DNA of 64,000 nucleotides. Source: the human T2T-CHM13v2.0 reference genome, Homo sapiens. The translations under genes were made by a program, and so were the position numbers. Each line of letters opens with the position of its first letter. Positions within the stretch are counted from its first letter, which is position 1. The notes under the pieces were generated by a model, which saw nothing but the letters and a program-made list of their open reading frames with translations, did no database searches and had not been told where the DNA came from. The DNA is taken from assembly GCF_009914755.1 (NCBI RefSeq), contig NC_060938.1; one strand, written 5' to 3'. Shown here one piece after another: positions 42,137 to 54,500 of this stretch.

Positions 42137-44864
42137 TAGAATTGCTTACCTGTAAAGGATCTTACTTCTCCTTCACTAACGTTGCTTAGTTTGGCTGGAT
42201 GTGAAATTCTTGGTTGCAGTATTCTTTTCTTTAAGAATGCAGAATGCTGGCCTCCAACATCTTCTGGACTGTAGGGTTTCTGCTTAAAGAGCCACTGTTA
42301 GCCATATAGGGTTTCCTTTCTATGTGACCTGTCCCTTCTCTCTAGCTGCCCCTAGCATTTTTTCTTTTTTCTTTTGACCTTGGAAAAACTGTTGACTATG
42401 TGTCTTGGAAATAGTAATCTCATATAGCATCTCACAGGGGTTCCCTGCATTTCCTGAATTTGAGTGTTGTCCTCTCTAGTGAAGTTGGTGTAATTTTCAT
42501 GGACTATCATTTCAAATATGTATTTCAAGTTGTTTGCTTTTGCTCCCTTTCTCTCAGGGATGCCGATGAGTCATAGATTTTATCTCTTCACATAATACCA
42601 TATTTATCATAGATTTAGTTCATTCATCTTCATTCTTTTGTCTTTATTTTTGTCAGACTGAGTTACTTCAGAGAACTTCAGAGTCTTCCAACTCTGAAAT
42701 TCTTTCCTCAGCTTGGTCTAATCTGCTGTTAATATTTGCGATAGTATTATGTACTTCTTGAAGTGAGCTTTTTGGCTCTATGAGAGCAGTTTTGGTCTTT
42801 TTTACAATGCCCATTTTATCTTTCAGCTCCTGTATCATTTTATTACATTCCTTAGATTCCTTGGATTGAATTTCTCCTGAATCTCAATGATCTTAATTCC
42901 TATCCATATTCTAAATTCTATTTCTGTCATTTCAGCCATTACAGGCTGTTTAAGAACCATTGCTAGGGAACTAGTGCAGCCACTTGGAGAAAGGAAGATA
43001 TTCTGGCTTTTTGAGATGCCAGAGTTCTCACACTCATGGTTTTTCATATGTTTGGCCTGATGTTCCTTCAGTCTTTGAAGCTGCTGTCCTTTGGATAGAG
43101 TGTTTTGCTTTTATCTTCTATGATGCCCGTGGGGTCTTGATTGTGGTACAAGGTGAGTTGGTCAACTGGCTGTATTTCTGAATGATTTTAAGGGTCAAGT
43201 CTCAGCTCTGCTCTCTTTGGCTGCATGTTCTGACTCTGTTGGGAGAGTGGGGGCAGTGGCTCTTACAGGGTCCCCAGCTTTGTTCTCTGACCCCCTCAAG
43301 GTTAGAGACCTGATGAGCTGGAGGGACTGAGGTGTTCCAAGTCTGCTGTCCAGAACAATCCAATTGGTGATGCTGGCCAAAGTGCTTCACTGGGGCCAGA
43401 GCAGTGAGATCCATGTTTGCTTGATCTTTTCAGCAGCTGTGGCAGCATGTCAGTGTGAAGACACATTGGCTGGGTAAGTTACTGATGGGAGGGGGGCTGC
43501 AGTGTTCTTTCTCATGCCCATGCCTGGTTATGGCAGTGTTGGGGTGCTGGCAGGAGAGGGCCCTCAGGTGCCCTTGTGTGCATTCATACTGGTGATGGCA
43601 GTGGCACATGGGTGGCAGGGTTGCTGATATCTGATTGCACATTCATGCTGGCAATGATGGTGCAGCTGGTTGCTTGTGCATTAGCAGGGTGGGGTGGCAG
43701 GGTGTGCTCTCACCAGCAGCAGTGGTGCAGTCGAATGTGTGCATAAATGCACCGTGTCTGGGGAAGGAAGGCAAGGTCTACCTGAGTATCTGTACTGGGG
43801 AAGTAAGTGAGGGGATGGCTGTAGGTAAGTGCATGCCAGCAAAGTGGTGAGGTGAAGCTGTGGTGGGGGAAGGTGCAGATGGGCTACTGTGTGTCAGCTA
43901 GATAGATCTGCTGGAGCTCTCCAACAGTCAGGCATCGTCTACTGGTAAAGGATCTATGAGGAAGACTCCTGGGAAGCACCCAAGTTGGGCAACCAAGGAT
44001 GCACTCCAAGTGGGCACAGCTAGGCTGGGGCCACAGAAGAGGTCAGCAGACAGGGCAGTGCTCAGATCAGACTGGCTATGTATCATGGAAAGGACTGCCC
44101 TGCTCTGTACAGGTCCAACAGTCTCCTAAGGCTAAAACTTCCTAGAGGAGCATGGCAAGCCTTGGGGTGTGGGCATCACTGGTCGTGCTCCACTACAGAC
44201 ATTCCCGCACCAAACCCCCTGGGTTCTGCACAGGCTAGATTCCTGTCCCTACCACTTCTCTAACCAACTATCCCTGTTAGCTTAATTGTCCCTTTTGTTT
44301 TTGTGGTAAGAGTATTCCACTCCTCATCTATTCAACTCATCCTTTCCTCAGGAGTCACTGGGGGCCAGGCATGAGTCCTGGTGCTCAGTAGCTCCATGCA
44401 GGGTTCCCAGATTCCTCCCACTTCAGCCCAGTGTTTCCATCCTCCCTGCTTTCACTCTTAATTCCTTCCCTCCAAAGACCTGCTCACAGTGTGCCATGAC
44501 ACCAATCTTTTTGGTTTGATGGTCTCTAGGTGAGAAATGTTTCTCCTGGCTGCATTTTGTCAGCCATTTTGGCTGTTATTCAAAGTCTTAAACTGGTTAG
44601 TATCAGTTAACATATCGATTAAAATAGAAAAATAATGTTATGTTCCTCATTTTTTTTACTTGATCCATGTGTTACATAACTGACTTGAGATATTTAATAG
44701 TATAAGGTTCATGTTAAATAATCAGAATAAGATATGGTGATAATGAGACACAATTATAATAAAGCTAGAATATTAGGAGATATAATCAAATTTAAACTTA
44801 TAGTATAAGCTTAATACATGAAATTGTGGACCTTGAATTTTGCAATTCTTGCAATCATATTTAC

Positions 44865-45711
44865 ATCAATTACTGTCCAATCAGGCAAGACAAACCACAC
44901 TGTAATTTGAACAAAAAAGTTTGACATGAAGAATTATTAATAACACTAGAGAATTAGCATAAGGAGAAATTGGCTAGTAAGAAGTAAAGATAGCTCTAAA
45001 TATAGAAAGAACAGTCACTAACCATAAGATTGAGACAGAATGCACAAGGAAAACCCCTGCTTCCTCCAAGCTGACATTCAGATCTTGCTGGAAAAGGCAA
45101 AGTCATGCCTCACTAAACGGCAGAGAAATATTTGTTATCTTCCACCTGTGTTGGCAGAGGCCTTAAAAATCTTCCTTGCAAAGTGCCAAGGAAAGCTGTT
45201 TGCTATCGTGTGCTGCTGGTTGTCGTACACCACAGGAGCAGAACACTGGAGAAACCAGATGTGACGCAGGAGCCAGAGGGATGCTGCTTAACTTCCTGGT
45301 CATGGGGTCAGGTGCTGAGGAAGCAGCTGGCAGCTGAGTGCTCACAGCTGTGGACTGCAGGGGCAAGGAAATGGAGAACCTGCAAGCATTGAAGGATCTG
45401 AAGAGATTCTGCTATCAAATTGCCTGCGAAGAGGGCAGAGAGTGCTGGCTTCTTAGTGCTGCTGGCCTCTGACTCCCACAAGAACAGGCACTAAGAGGCT
45501 GCAAGTACCCCTAGGAGGAGTCTGTTGTTTCATGTGAGGTGACCTGGACTGAGAAGGTAAACTCCCTCTGCCTATTATGCTTCTCCAACCCTTCTTCTGA
45601 CAAAGCTTCATGCAGGCTGGCACAGAAAAATAATCTTTACAGAGTCAAGTACCATTTTCACAGAGCACAGTAAATTTGGAGCTGAAAGGCAAAAAATCAA
45701 CAACAGCCACA
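44865..45711 (-). mobile_element. ERVL-class LTR (LTR50/LTR41/LTR52-like)
   Basis: Reverse complement begins tgtggctgttgttgattttttgcctttcagctccaaatt..gctctgtgaaaatgg..aagctttgtcag. Confidence 0.6.
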
Positions 45712-46270
45712 ATAAAGCAGAAATAAACAATATGAAAATGAAAACTTATACTTCTATTATTTGTCCTGATGTGTTGAACACATTTTATTCTAGTGGGGAT
45801 TCTATAATACAAAATATTATTTGCAGTTATAATATTTAAGATAATGTCCACAATTGGTGACCAATCTTCAAGAAAATATTTTATCTTCGGTCATCTGCAA
45901 TATTGGCCAAACTGACACCGTATATTAGAAATTTATTTGCACTGACAGATTAAAACATTTATGTAGTTGTTGGGCTATTCTAACATAAAATGATTTCCAT
46001 TATATATTAATTTTTACTGTGGTTAACCCATCAGTAGCATGTTCTTCTGGTTGAAATGTTTTAAAATTTAGTTTTCAATATTCCAAGTTCGTTTTTAAAT
46101 CCTCTGGACTCTCTACTCTATCTCTTCCACTTTTCAATCCTTACATATAACTGCTTCTCAAGACCTCTTACCTACTTTTGTTTACTTACTAGGCTACCTT
46201 ATACAATTTCACGTTTTCTAATACCATTAAAGACTCCCACTGACAAGAATATGGTACAACATTAATAAAA

Positions 46271-46299
46271 TACACACACACATACACACACACACACAC
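46271..46299. repeat. Imperfect (CA)n microsatellite
   Basis: Seen directly. Confidence 0.9.
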
Positions 46300-47900
46300 C
46301 AGACAGTTGTAGAGTGAAAGGAAAAACCCACCCATGCCTGTTTTACGATAGAAGGTAGCAAGGAATCCCCACTGATCTCTGAACCTCTAGGTATGCATGG
46401 CCAGGACACAGCTTTCAACAGAAGTGATAGCGGAGAAGTATAATACAGAAGAAGCAAACAAGTTTGAGGATGAAGATACTGCCAACAAATTTTACAGTCT
46501 CTAAAAGAGGAACACTTGGCTGAGTAGCAACTATGTGAGCAAAAGTGAGAAAATTGACAAAACTCAAAATTCTTACAGACTTCAAATTGCTGAAAGTGCA
46601 AAACGAACTACTTTTTTTCAATTAAGGGAAGCTCATCCCCAAACTCTGTCAGAAACACAAATTTTGGGCACAAATATTAGGAATCACAGACATACAGAAG
46701 GTTCAAATAAGAAGGATGAGTGGTTCAGGGAAGAGATAATTCAGAAGGTAGTTTAGCAGCAAAATACATTCTTCATAACCAAGAGCACCACCTTGAAAGA
46801 AAGATGTGTAAAGCTCTGGAAGATGCAAAAAGGTGGGAAGTAACTGAATTAACTTTTTTTTTTATTCTGAGCGTTTCATTTCTTTGGGGGAATATAGAAA
46901 GATTCAGCTATCCTATGAATGTACCCACAATTCTTAGATTCCAATAATTTTCTGCATTTATATAGAGCTTTACAATGGCAAATTTTCCATACATCACATA
47001 GGTAAAGAGTGGCAGAACAGGAACTCAAATGGGGGACCTGTGAGGCTAACTTCCGTGTGTTTCCCTATCACATCCTGATTACACCTCATCAGGAAAAGCT
47101 ACACTCAACATGATTACTTATGACAATATGTATTTAATTTTTAATATTTTTAATGCTGTGTCTTATACTTTGGAGTATTTTTCTAATTAGAAAAAAAGAC
47201 AAAAGTAATAGAAGGAAACATTATTTAAACCTATTAACTCAGAAAATTTTCTGAAATAAAAGAAGATTTGAATATACATACTGGAAAAGAACACATAATT
47301 TACAGTGAAGCAAACCCAAAATGTTCAACATCAAGAAATATCAGAGTAAAGCTTTTAGACTCTGAAAATAATAAAAAAAATTGAGGTAACCTCATAAGAC
47401 TAGATGACTTATAAGGGAAAAAATCAGATTGAACTCATAACTCCTTAAAGCAATATTTTATTCCAAAACAGAATGGAGTGACATTTTTAGGATATATATT
47501 AGTTTTACTAAGCAATGGTGTCTTACAAGAAAGAGTGGAACAGACAATAAAAATGCAGTGCCTCATGGAACATTGATTTTATCCACTCTTTAGAATAAGC
47601 TGTCGATAAATAAGAAAGATATAAAGAAACTTTATTATATGTTATGAAAATGAACATTAAAAGTATTTAAAATAGAGGAATGATTGTTGGAGAGGAGGAT
47701 GGTAGAACAGAATATAAATGTTATAGTCTTCAATATGAATAAATAAAACAATTTATAATTTATAGATATTGGCTAGAGTAAAAAAACATAGAATGGGTTG
47801 TTTTCCAAATATTAACTTGGGGTAAACTTTTATTGTATTACTGCAATAAATCTTTTAACAGTAAAATAATAATAATAATAATAATTTCAAATCAGATATT

Positions 47901-48257
47901 CAGATCTCATGGAGGTAGAGAGTAGAATGATTGTTATCAGATGTTCAGAAGAATAGCGAGAAGTGGGGAATAAAGAAAGGTTGAATAATGGGTACAAAAA
48001 CACAGTGAGATAGAAGGAATACAATCTAGTGTTCAGTAGCAAAATAGGGCAACTATTGTTAGCAATAATAATTTGTATATTTCAAAATAACTAGAAGAGT
48101 GAATTTAGAATTTTCCAAACACAGGAAAATAAATATTTGAGGAGATAGATATCTCAATTATCCTGATTTGATCATTACACATTGTATGAGTGTATCAAAA
48201 TAGCACATGTACCACATAAATACATACTATTATGTACCCCCAAAAATTTTCAAAAAT
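47901..48257 (+). mobile_element. L1MA (L1MA4/5-like) 3'UTR fragment
   Basis: gatctcatggaggtagagagtagaatga..tatttcaaaataactagaagag..cctgatttgatcattacacattgtatg. Confidence 0.85.
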
Positions 48258-48814
48258 GTAACTGTAAATGTGCTTTAAAAAAATCAGAAAGAGAAAGAGT
48301 GGAAGAAGACATTACTATGTAAAAATCTATTAATTCCCATTCAGCCAATATACAGTATGTATGCAACAGGTATGTTTCACATTTGTAACTTCAATGTCAC
48401 TTTTTTCTTTTTGCTCTATTATTTCCCACATGTAAGTTAAATGGTTTTAAAAATATAAAACCATAACAATTTCATTTTTATTCAATTTTCAAATCATCAT
48501 AATACAAAATATGCTATACTCGTATATTTTTGTGACATATAGACTGCTCACTTCTCAGGCTAACTTAAAAATATTTGTTAAACCTTTACTTAAAAAATTA
48601 TAAATTATGCTCATATTTCTCTTTAGCTATATAGCAGCAAAAGTTGCAGACTTTCTTAGGGGGAAAATCAGTTTCTACTTATCCTTACCCTATGTAAAGA
48701 TTTTCTTAAAATTTGTTGAATGGTTCTGTCATCCACTAAACTATCTTTTTCTCACTTCCAATGTTTGTTTTATTGCCTTGTACACTGAATGCACACATAA
48801 AATAAAAAAGGACT

Positions 48815-49030
48815 AATAATGTTTAATACATCGCGAGTATTTATTTTGTTCTACACTGTATATGTTCCTTGAGTTATCATGTGTAATTTTTGCAATAGCT
48901 GGTGAAATAAGTACTAGAATCTTTCTCATGTTACATATGAAGAAACTCTTCTAAAGTCACACCACTGAAGAGAAAATCAAGAATTTCAATCCAGACACTC
49001 TGACTTCCAAATCTATTCTATAACTATCAC
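48815..49030 (-). mobile_element. MIR fragment
   Basis: catgttacatatgaagaaac..aagtcacacc..aagaatttcaatccag..tctgacttcca. Confidence 0.55.
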
Positions 49031-49277
49031 AGAAAACTGCCTTTCTAAAAGTGGAAATCAGGGGGATAATTAAAAGTATAATTGCATTGGTTTTAAAATT
49101 TGAGGCATATATATATATATATTATATGTTAAACATGTATGCTATTTAGCATATAATATATATATGCCCAAAATTTTGGTCTGATAACAAAACCAATATA
49201 TTTTAAGTTATTTTAATATTTATTTAGCAGTAATTAAATCAGTTTACATATAATGTAATCCATTAGTATACAGTACC

Positions 49278-49729
49278 TATTAAGAGACTATTCTTTCTGG
49301 GTCTCTTGTGTATCTGTATATCTTGTGAGCAAAGCACTAACTGCCTTTTCTTCCAGACTTTTTATTCAAGGATATTTTTATAGTGAACAGGTGGAAAGCT
49401 AGAGATATTGTTGCCCTCTCGAATAAAAGACAGTTACACTAATTCTCTATTATAAGACATTACAATTCATTTAACTCAGAGCTCTCCTCCTAGAATAAAA
49501 TACATCCCACATGTTATCATCTGGCTCAGTTTGTGTCTCTGTGGAAACTGGGGCCCAAGAAAATGATACAAATAAAACTGATACTCAGGCTACTGCTCTT
49601 TTTTGAGCAATAAACTGTTCTTTGACTCAGTAATCTCATGTGACCTGCTAGCATCCATAAAACTGTAACAAGCTAATTCATTAGCTTGCAAATAGTGTAA
49701 AATCACAAGACCTTATACAGTTTTTAACA
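49278..49729 (+). mobile_element. ERVL LTR, LTR40-like
   Basis: tcttgtgagcaaagcactaactgcc..tgatactcaggctactgct..agcatccataaaactgt..ttagcttgcaaatagtgtaaaatc..acagtttttaaca. Confidence 0.8.
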
Positions 49730-49967
49730 CATGCAATGTGTAATTTTTTACTATACATGATAAAGTGGATTTTTCATTAGGGGAGGAATTTGCCAATTTA
49801 TCTCATATTTTAAACATCCAAGATTGGAACGTTTAGAAGAGTCATTAAAATTCATCAAATATTTATAAATATTTTTAAAATATTTCAAATGCTTAGGTGT
49901 TTAATATTGTTCCAGGTCATCTTTAATATGTATGTGGACGGTAAAGAATATTTTTAGAATATTAGAC

Positions 49968-50183
49968 CAGTTCTTAACAGGTGCCAATTTGTCCCTCGGG
50001 GGACTTTTGGCAATACGTGGAGACAATTTTGATTGTTGCAACTGGGGATAGGTGGGGTGATTGATACTGGCATTTACTGGTGTTTATTGGGTAGGGCCAG
50101 GGATCATATAATGTACAGAACAAACTCCCACAGCAAAGAACTATCTGGCCCAAATGTCAATTTCATTAATGTTGAAATACCTG
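49968..50183 (+). mobile_element. MER20 hAT-Charlie DNA transposon
   Basis: cagttcttaac..ggacttttggcaatacgtggagacaattttgattg..caaagaactatctggcccaaatgtcaa..gttgaaatacctg. Confidence 0.88.
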
Positions 50184-50533
50184 ATATACATATATACACA
50201 CACGTACATACACTGGTGTATGTATATATAATATATAAAGATTGTCAGATGCAAATGTGTATATATGTATATATGTGTATATATGTATATATGTGTATAC
50301 ATGTATATATGTATATGTGTATATATGTATATGTGTACATATATATGTATATATGTATATGTGTGTATGTATATGTGTATACATATGTGTATATATATAT
50401 ATACACATTTGCATCTGAAAATCTATATTATATATACATACACCAATGTATGTACATGTGTGTATATACGTATATCAGGTATTTCAACATTAGTGAAATA
50501 TATATACATATATATACACATTTGCATCTGAAA
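50160..50533. repeat. Long inverted repeat (~100-bp arms) around a (TATG/TA)n spacer
   Basis: 50160-50262 is close to the reverse complement of 50398-50499. Confidence 0.92.
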
Positions 50534-53247
50534 TTAAAGTATATAGTTATATTCTATCAATGATAAAGATTAATCTACCTGTAAAATATTACACAAATGT
50601 AAAATTCTATCTCTACATGTATCAATCATATTTCTATCTCTACCTGTATTAATCATATGTCTTTGTCAGTGAGCCATAAAAAATAATACATAACATAAAT
50701 AAGAACACAATATCAACATAAAATCTTAGTTTTAACCTATTCAAAGGTTTTAGAATGTGTCTATACTTAAATATATTAGAGAAAAATAGTCATCTTATTT
50801 TTTATTATTTATAAAAACATGTAACCAATGTTATACATCAAAAGTAAAACATTTTTAATGTGTACGTGGAATTGAGTGGATTACTGTGAACATCAGAAAA
50901 AAAATTACCCCATATTTGGTTCCCTAAGTCTATGCTGTTACTGTAGAAACAGCAATTCTGTATATCTATTTGATATTATAACAATCTGAAAAGGAAATCC
51001 TGGCATGCTATAATTGGCATATATTACTTTTCAAAATTATTATTAAGGATGTGTTTGCCTATTATCTTTACATATCATAACCCTTAAACATGTATGAATT
51101 TATAAATAATAATTTTTAAATTATAGGTATTACCAGTGTGTGTATACATATGTTTATGTATATATGCATATATTACATACTCACTCATAGGTAACCAGCC
51201 AACCTACACTGAACATCTATGTCATATCAAATAACATTTTTCAAAATGGATATAATTGGTATAGTATTAGGTAATTCACAGTATGTACTAAAATTTTCTG
51301 CATGCAAATTGTACATGTTAGTAGGAGTCATTTACACAGTAATTAGTAATTTTATTTTCAGAAAAAATCAATCTTGTTTTAAAAATACTGAAAGTATTCC
51401 AGTATATATATCACATACTTCTATTACAGTAATTATAAAATTTATGTAATAACTAAGTTTGATTGACCAATAGGATAATACAGATATCTGTAAATAGAGT
51501 ACAGTTTTTGTAAGTAGAATTGATAATTGTTAGATTCCAGAAAAGATTAAATTATTTACAATATTTAGTACTATATTAAAAATTCATGGAAAGCATCACA
51601 TTTAACTAATTTAGACAAATATTTCATCTGGAAGAAAAATTTTAGCCTTTCTTTTATTTATAATATCCCTTTGTTAAATATATTTTAAATAGAATTTTTA
51701 GAAAAAGCATCTTACTGAACCCTAAATGACCACTTTTAAATCTATTTTCTTTTCAATATGTTGAGTTTTTAAAACTTTAGATATGTTTACTTACGTTATT
51801 AGCTGTTATTTTATTATGCAGCAAAAGAATTTTCTACTCTGTGCAAATATATAAGTGTATATAAGTGTGTGTGAGTGTGGGGGTGTGGGTGTAGGTTCAC
51901 TTATTTAAAAAATGTAGTTCAAGAATCAACTGAAAGATGTGCTAAGAAAAATGCCTTGAGAATTGTAAATAGTATTTAAATATAGTATTGTCTACAGATT
52001 AGACAAAGGTGTTCCATCTAGCTGTTATATTTAAAGAATCAGATTTCTGTACTAGAAAACAGAATTTTAAAATAACAAGACTTCAAAAATGACAACAAAT
52101 TTGAGAGATCATGTAAGTATTCAATCTTAATTTCAGAAATGAGACACAAAATACACAAATTCAACATAATTATCGATTTACCAATACTAGTTTTCACAAA
52201 ATCCGAAAAAACATCCTAAAATTCATATGGAACCAAAAAAGATCCTGAAAGCAAAAGCAATCCTACACACACACACACACACACAAACACAAAGCTGGTG
52301 GCATCAAATTACCTGACTTCAAACTATACTATTGTAACCAAAACAACATGGTACTAATAGAAAAAGACACATAGATCAATGAAACAGAACAGAGAACCCA
52401 GAAATAAATTCATAGGACTATAACCAACTGATCTTTGATAATGCTGACAAAAATTTACAATGGGGAAAGAACAACCTATTCAATATACAGTGCTGGGAAA
52501 ATTGGATGTCTGTACGTAGAAGAACAAAACTGGACCCCCATCTCTCACAATATATAAAAATTAACTGAAGATGGACTAAATACTTAAATGTAACATCTGA
52601 AACTATAAAATTCCTAGAACAACATCTCAGAAAAACTATTCTGGACGTTGGCCTAGGCAAATAATTGACTAGACCTCAATGAAGCCTTATGACTAATGAC
52701 TAAGAATTAAGAAGCAAATGCAAGAAAAACAAAAAGACAAATGCGACTTAATTAAACTAAAAAGCTTATGCACAGAAAAAGAAATAATTAACCGAGTAAA
52801 CAGACAACATACAGAATGGAGAAAATATTTGCAACCTATGCAATCTGACGAAAAGACTAAGATCCAGAATCTACAAGGAACTCAAACTAGAAAAAAATAG
52901 CTAAATAAAACCATTAAAAATTGAGCAAGGGACATGAACAAACATCTCTCAAAAGAAGACATACAAGAAGCCAAGAAACATATGAGAAAATTCTCAGCAT
53001 CTCTCATCATCAAATAAATGCAAATAAAAACCCCAAGAAAATACCATCTCACACTAGTCAGAATGGTTATTAAAATATCAGAAAACAAAAGATATTTGCC
53101 AAGGTTCAGAGAAAGGAAGAAACTCACAGTCTTGGTGAGAATGTAAATTAGTATAAGCTCTATGGAAAAAAATATGGAAATTCCTCAAATAACTAAAAAT
53201 AGAACTATTATTCTAACCAGCAATCCCACTGCTGGGTGCCTATTTAA

Positions 53248-53592
<345 letters not shown>

Positions 53593-53684
53593 TGCACTTG
53601 TATGTTTTTTGCAGCACTGCTAAGAATAGAAAATCCATGGAATCAAACTAAGTGTCCATTAATGGGCGATTGGATAAAGAAAAT

Positions 53685-53900
53685 TATAAATATATATATT
53701 ATATATATAATTTCTTTATATATATTATATATATAATTTCTTTATATATATTATATATATAATTTCTTTATATATATTATATATATAATTTCTTTATATA
53801 TATTATATATAATTTCTTTATATATAATATATATAATTTCTTTATATATATTATATATAATTTCTTTATATATATAATTTATATATCTATAAATATATTT
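53685..53900. repeat. AT-rich minisatellite, ~24-26-bp unit (tatatatattatatatataatttctt) x7
   Basis: aatttcttt recurs at about 53709, 53735, 53761, 53787, 53811, 53836 and 53859. Confidence 0.92.
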
Positions 53901-54218
53901 ATATAATATGTATTTATATATCTGTTTTCTGACATTTATATAAAAAATGTATATTTAATGGAACACTATGTGGCCATAAAAAAGAATAAAATCATGTGTT
54001 TTACAGCAGTATGTATGTAGCTGGAGCCATTATCCTAAGTAAAAAATCTCAGAAACAGAAAATCAAATACCACATTTTCTCACTTAGACCTGCAAGCTAA
54101 ATGATGGGTACACATGTACATACAGAAGGAAATAATGGACTCTGAGGACTCCAGAAGTGTGGATGTTGGGAGGGGCATGTTTGAAAAATTACCTAATGGG
54201 TATAATGTTCATTATTCA

Positions 54219-54500
54219 GGAAGGAATTTGCTGATTTATATAATATTTCAAATACTTTAGATTGGAATGCTTGGAAGAGCCAATGAAAATTCATCAAATA
54301 TTGATATATGTTTTTTAAATAGTTCAAATATTTAGATATTTAATGCTATTCTTGAACATCTTTAACATGTTTTGGACAGTAAAGAATATTTTTAAAACAT
54401 TAGACCAGTTGTTCTTAACAGGGGCCAATTTTTCCCCCAGGGGACATTTGGCAATATGCGGAGACAACTTTGATTGCTGCAGCTGGGGATGGGTGGGGTG
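54219..54500 (+). repeat. Diverged direct copy of 49780-50059 (unique DNA plus left half of MER20)
   Basis: Aligns by eye at roughly 80-85% identity, e.g. aaaattcatcaaata and gtaaagaatattttta..attagaccag. Confidence 0.92.

Noticed and set aside
50033-50563. 176-aa ORF and overlapping ORFs
   Set aside because: They read through MER20 and TA/TG repeats (YMCI repeats). Stop-poor low complexity, not a gene.
53685-53900. CRISPR-like regularly spaced repeat
   Set aside because: No unique spacers and no cas genes in a primate context. It is a tandem minisatellite.
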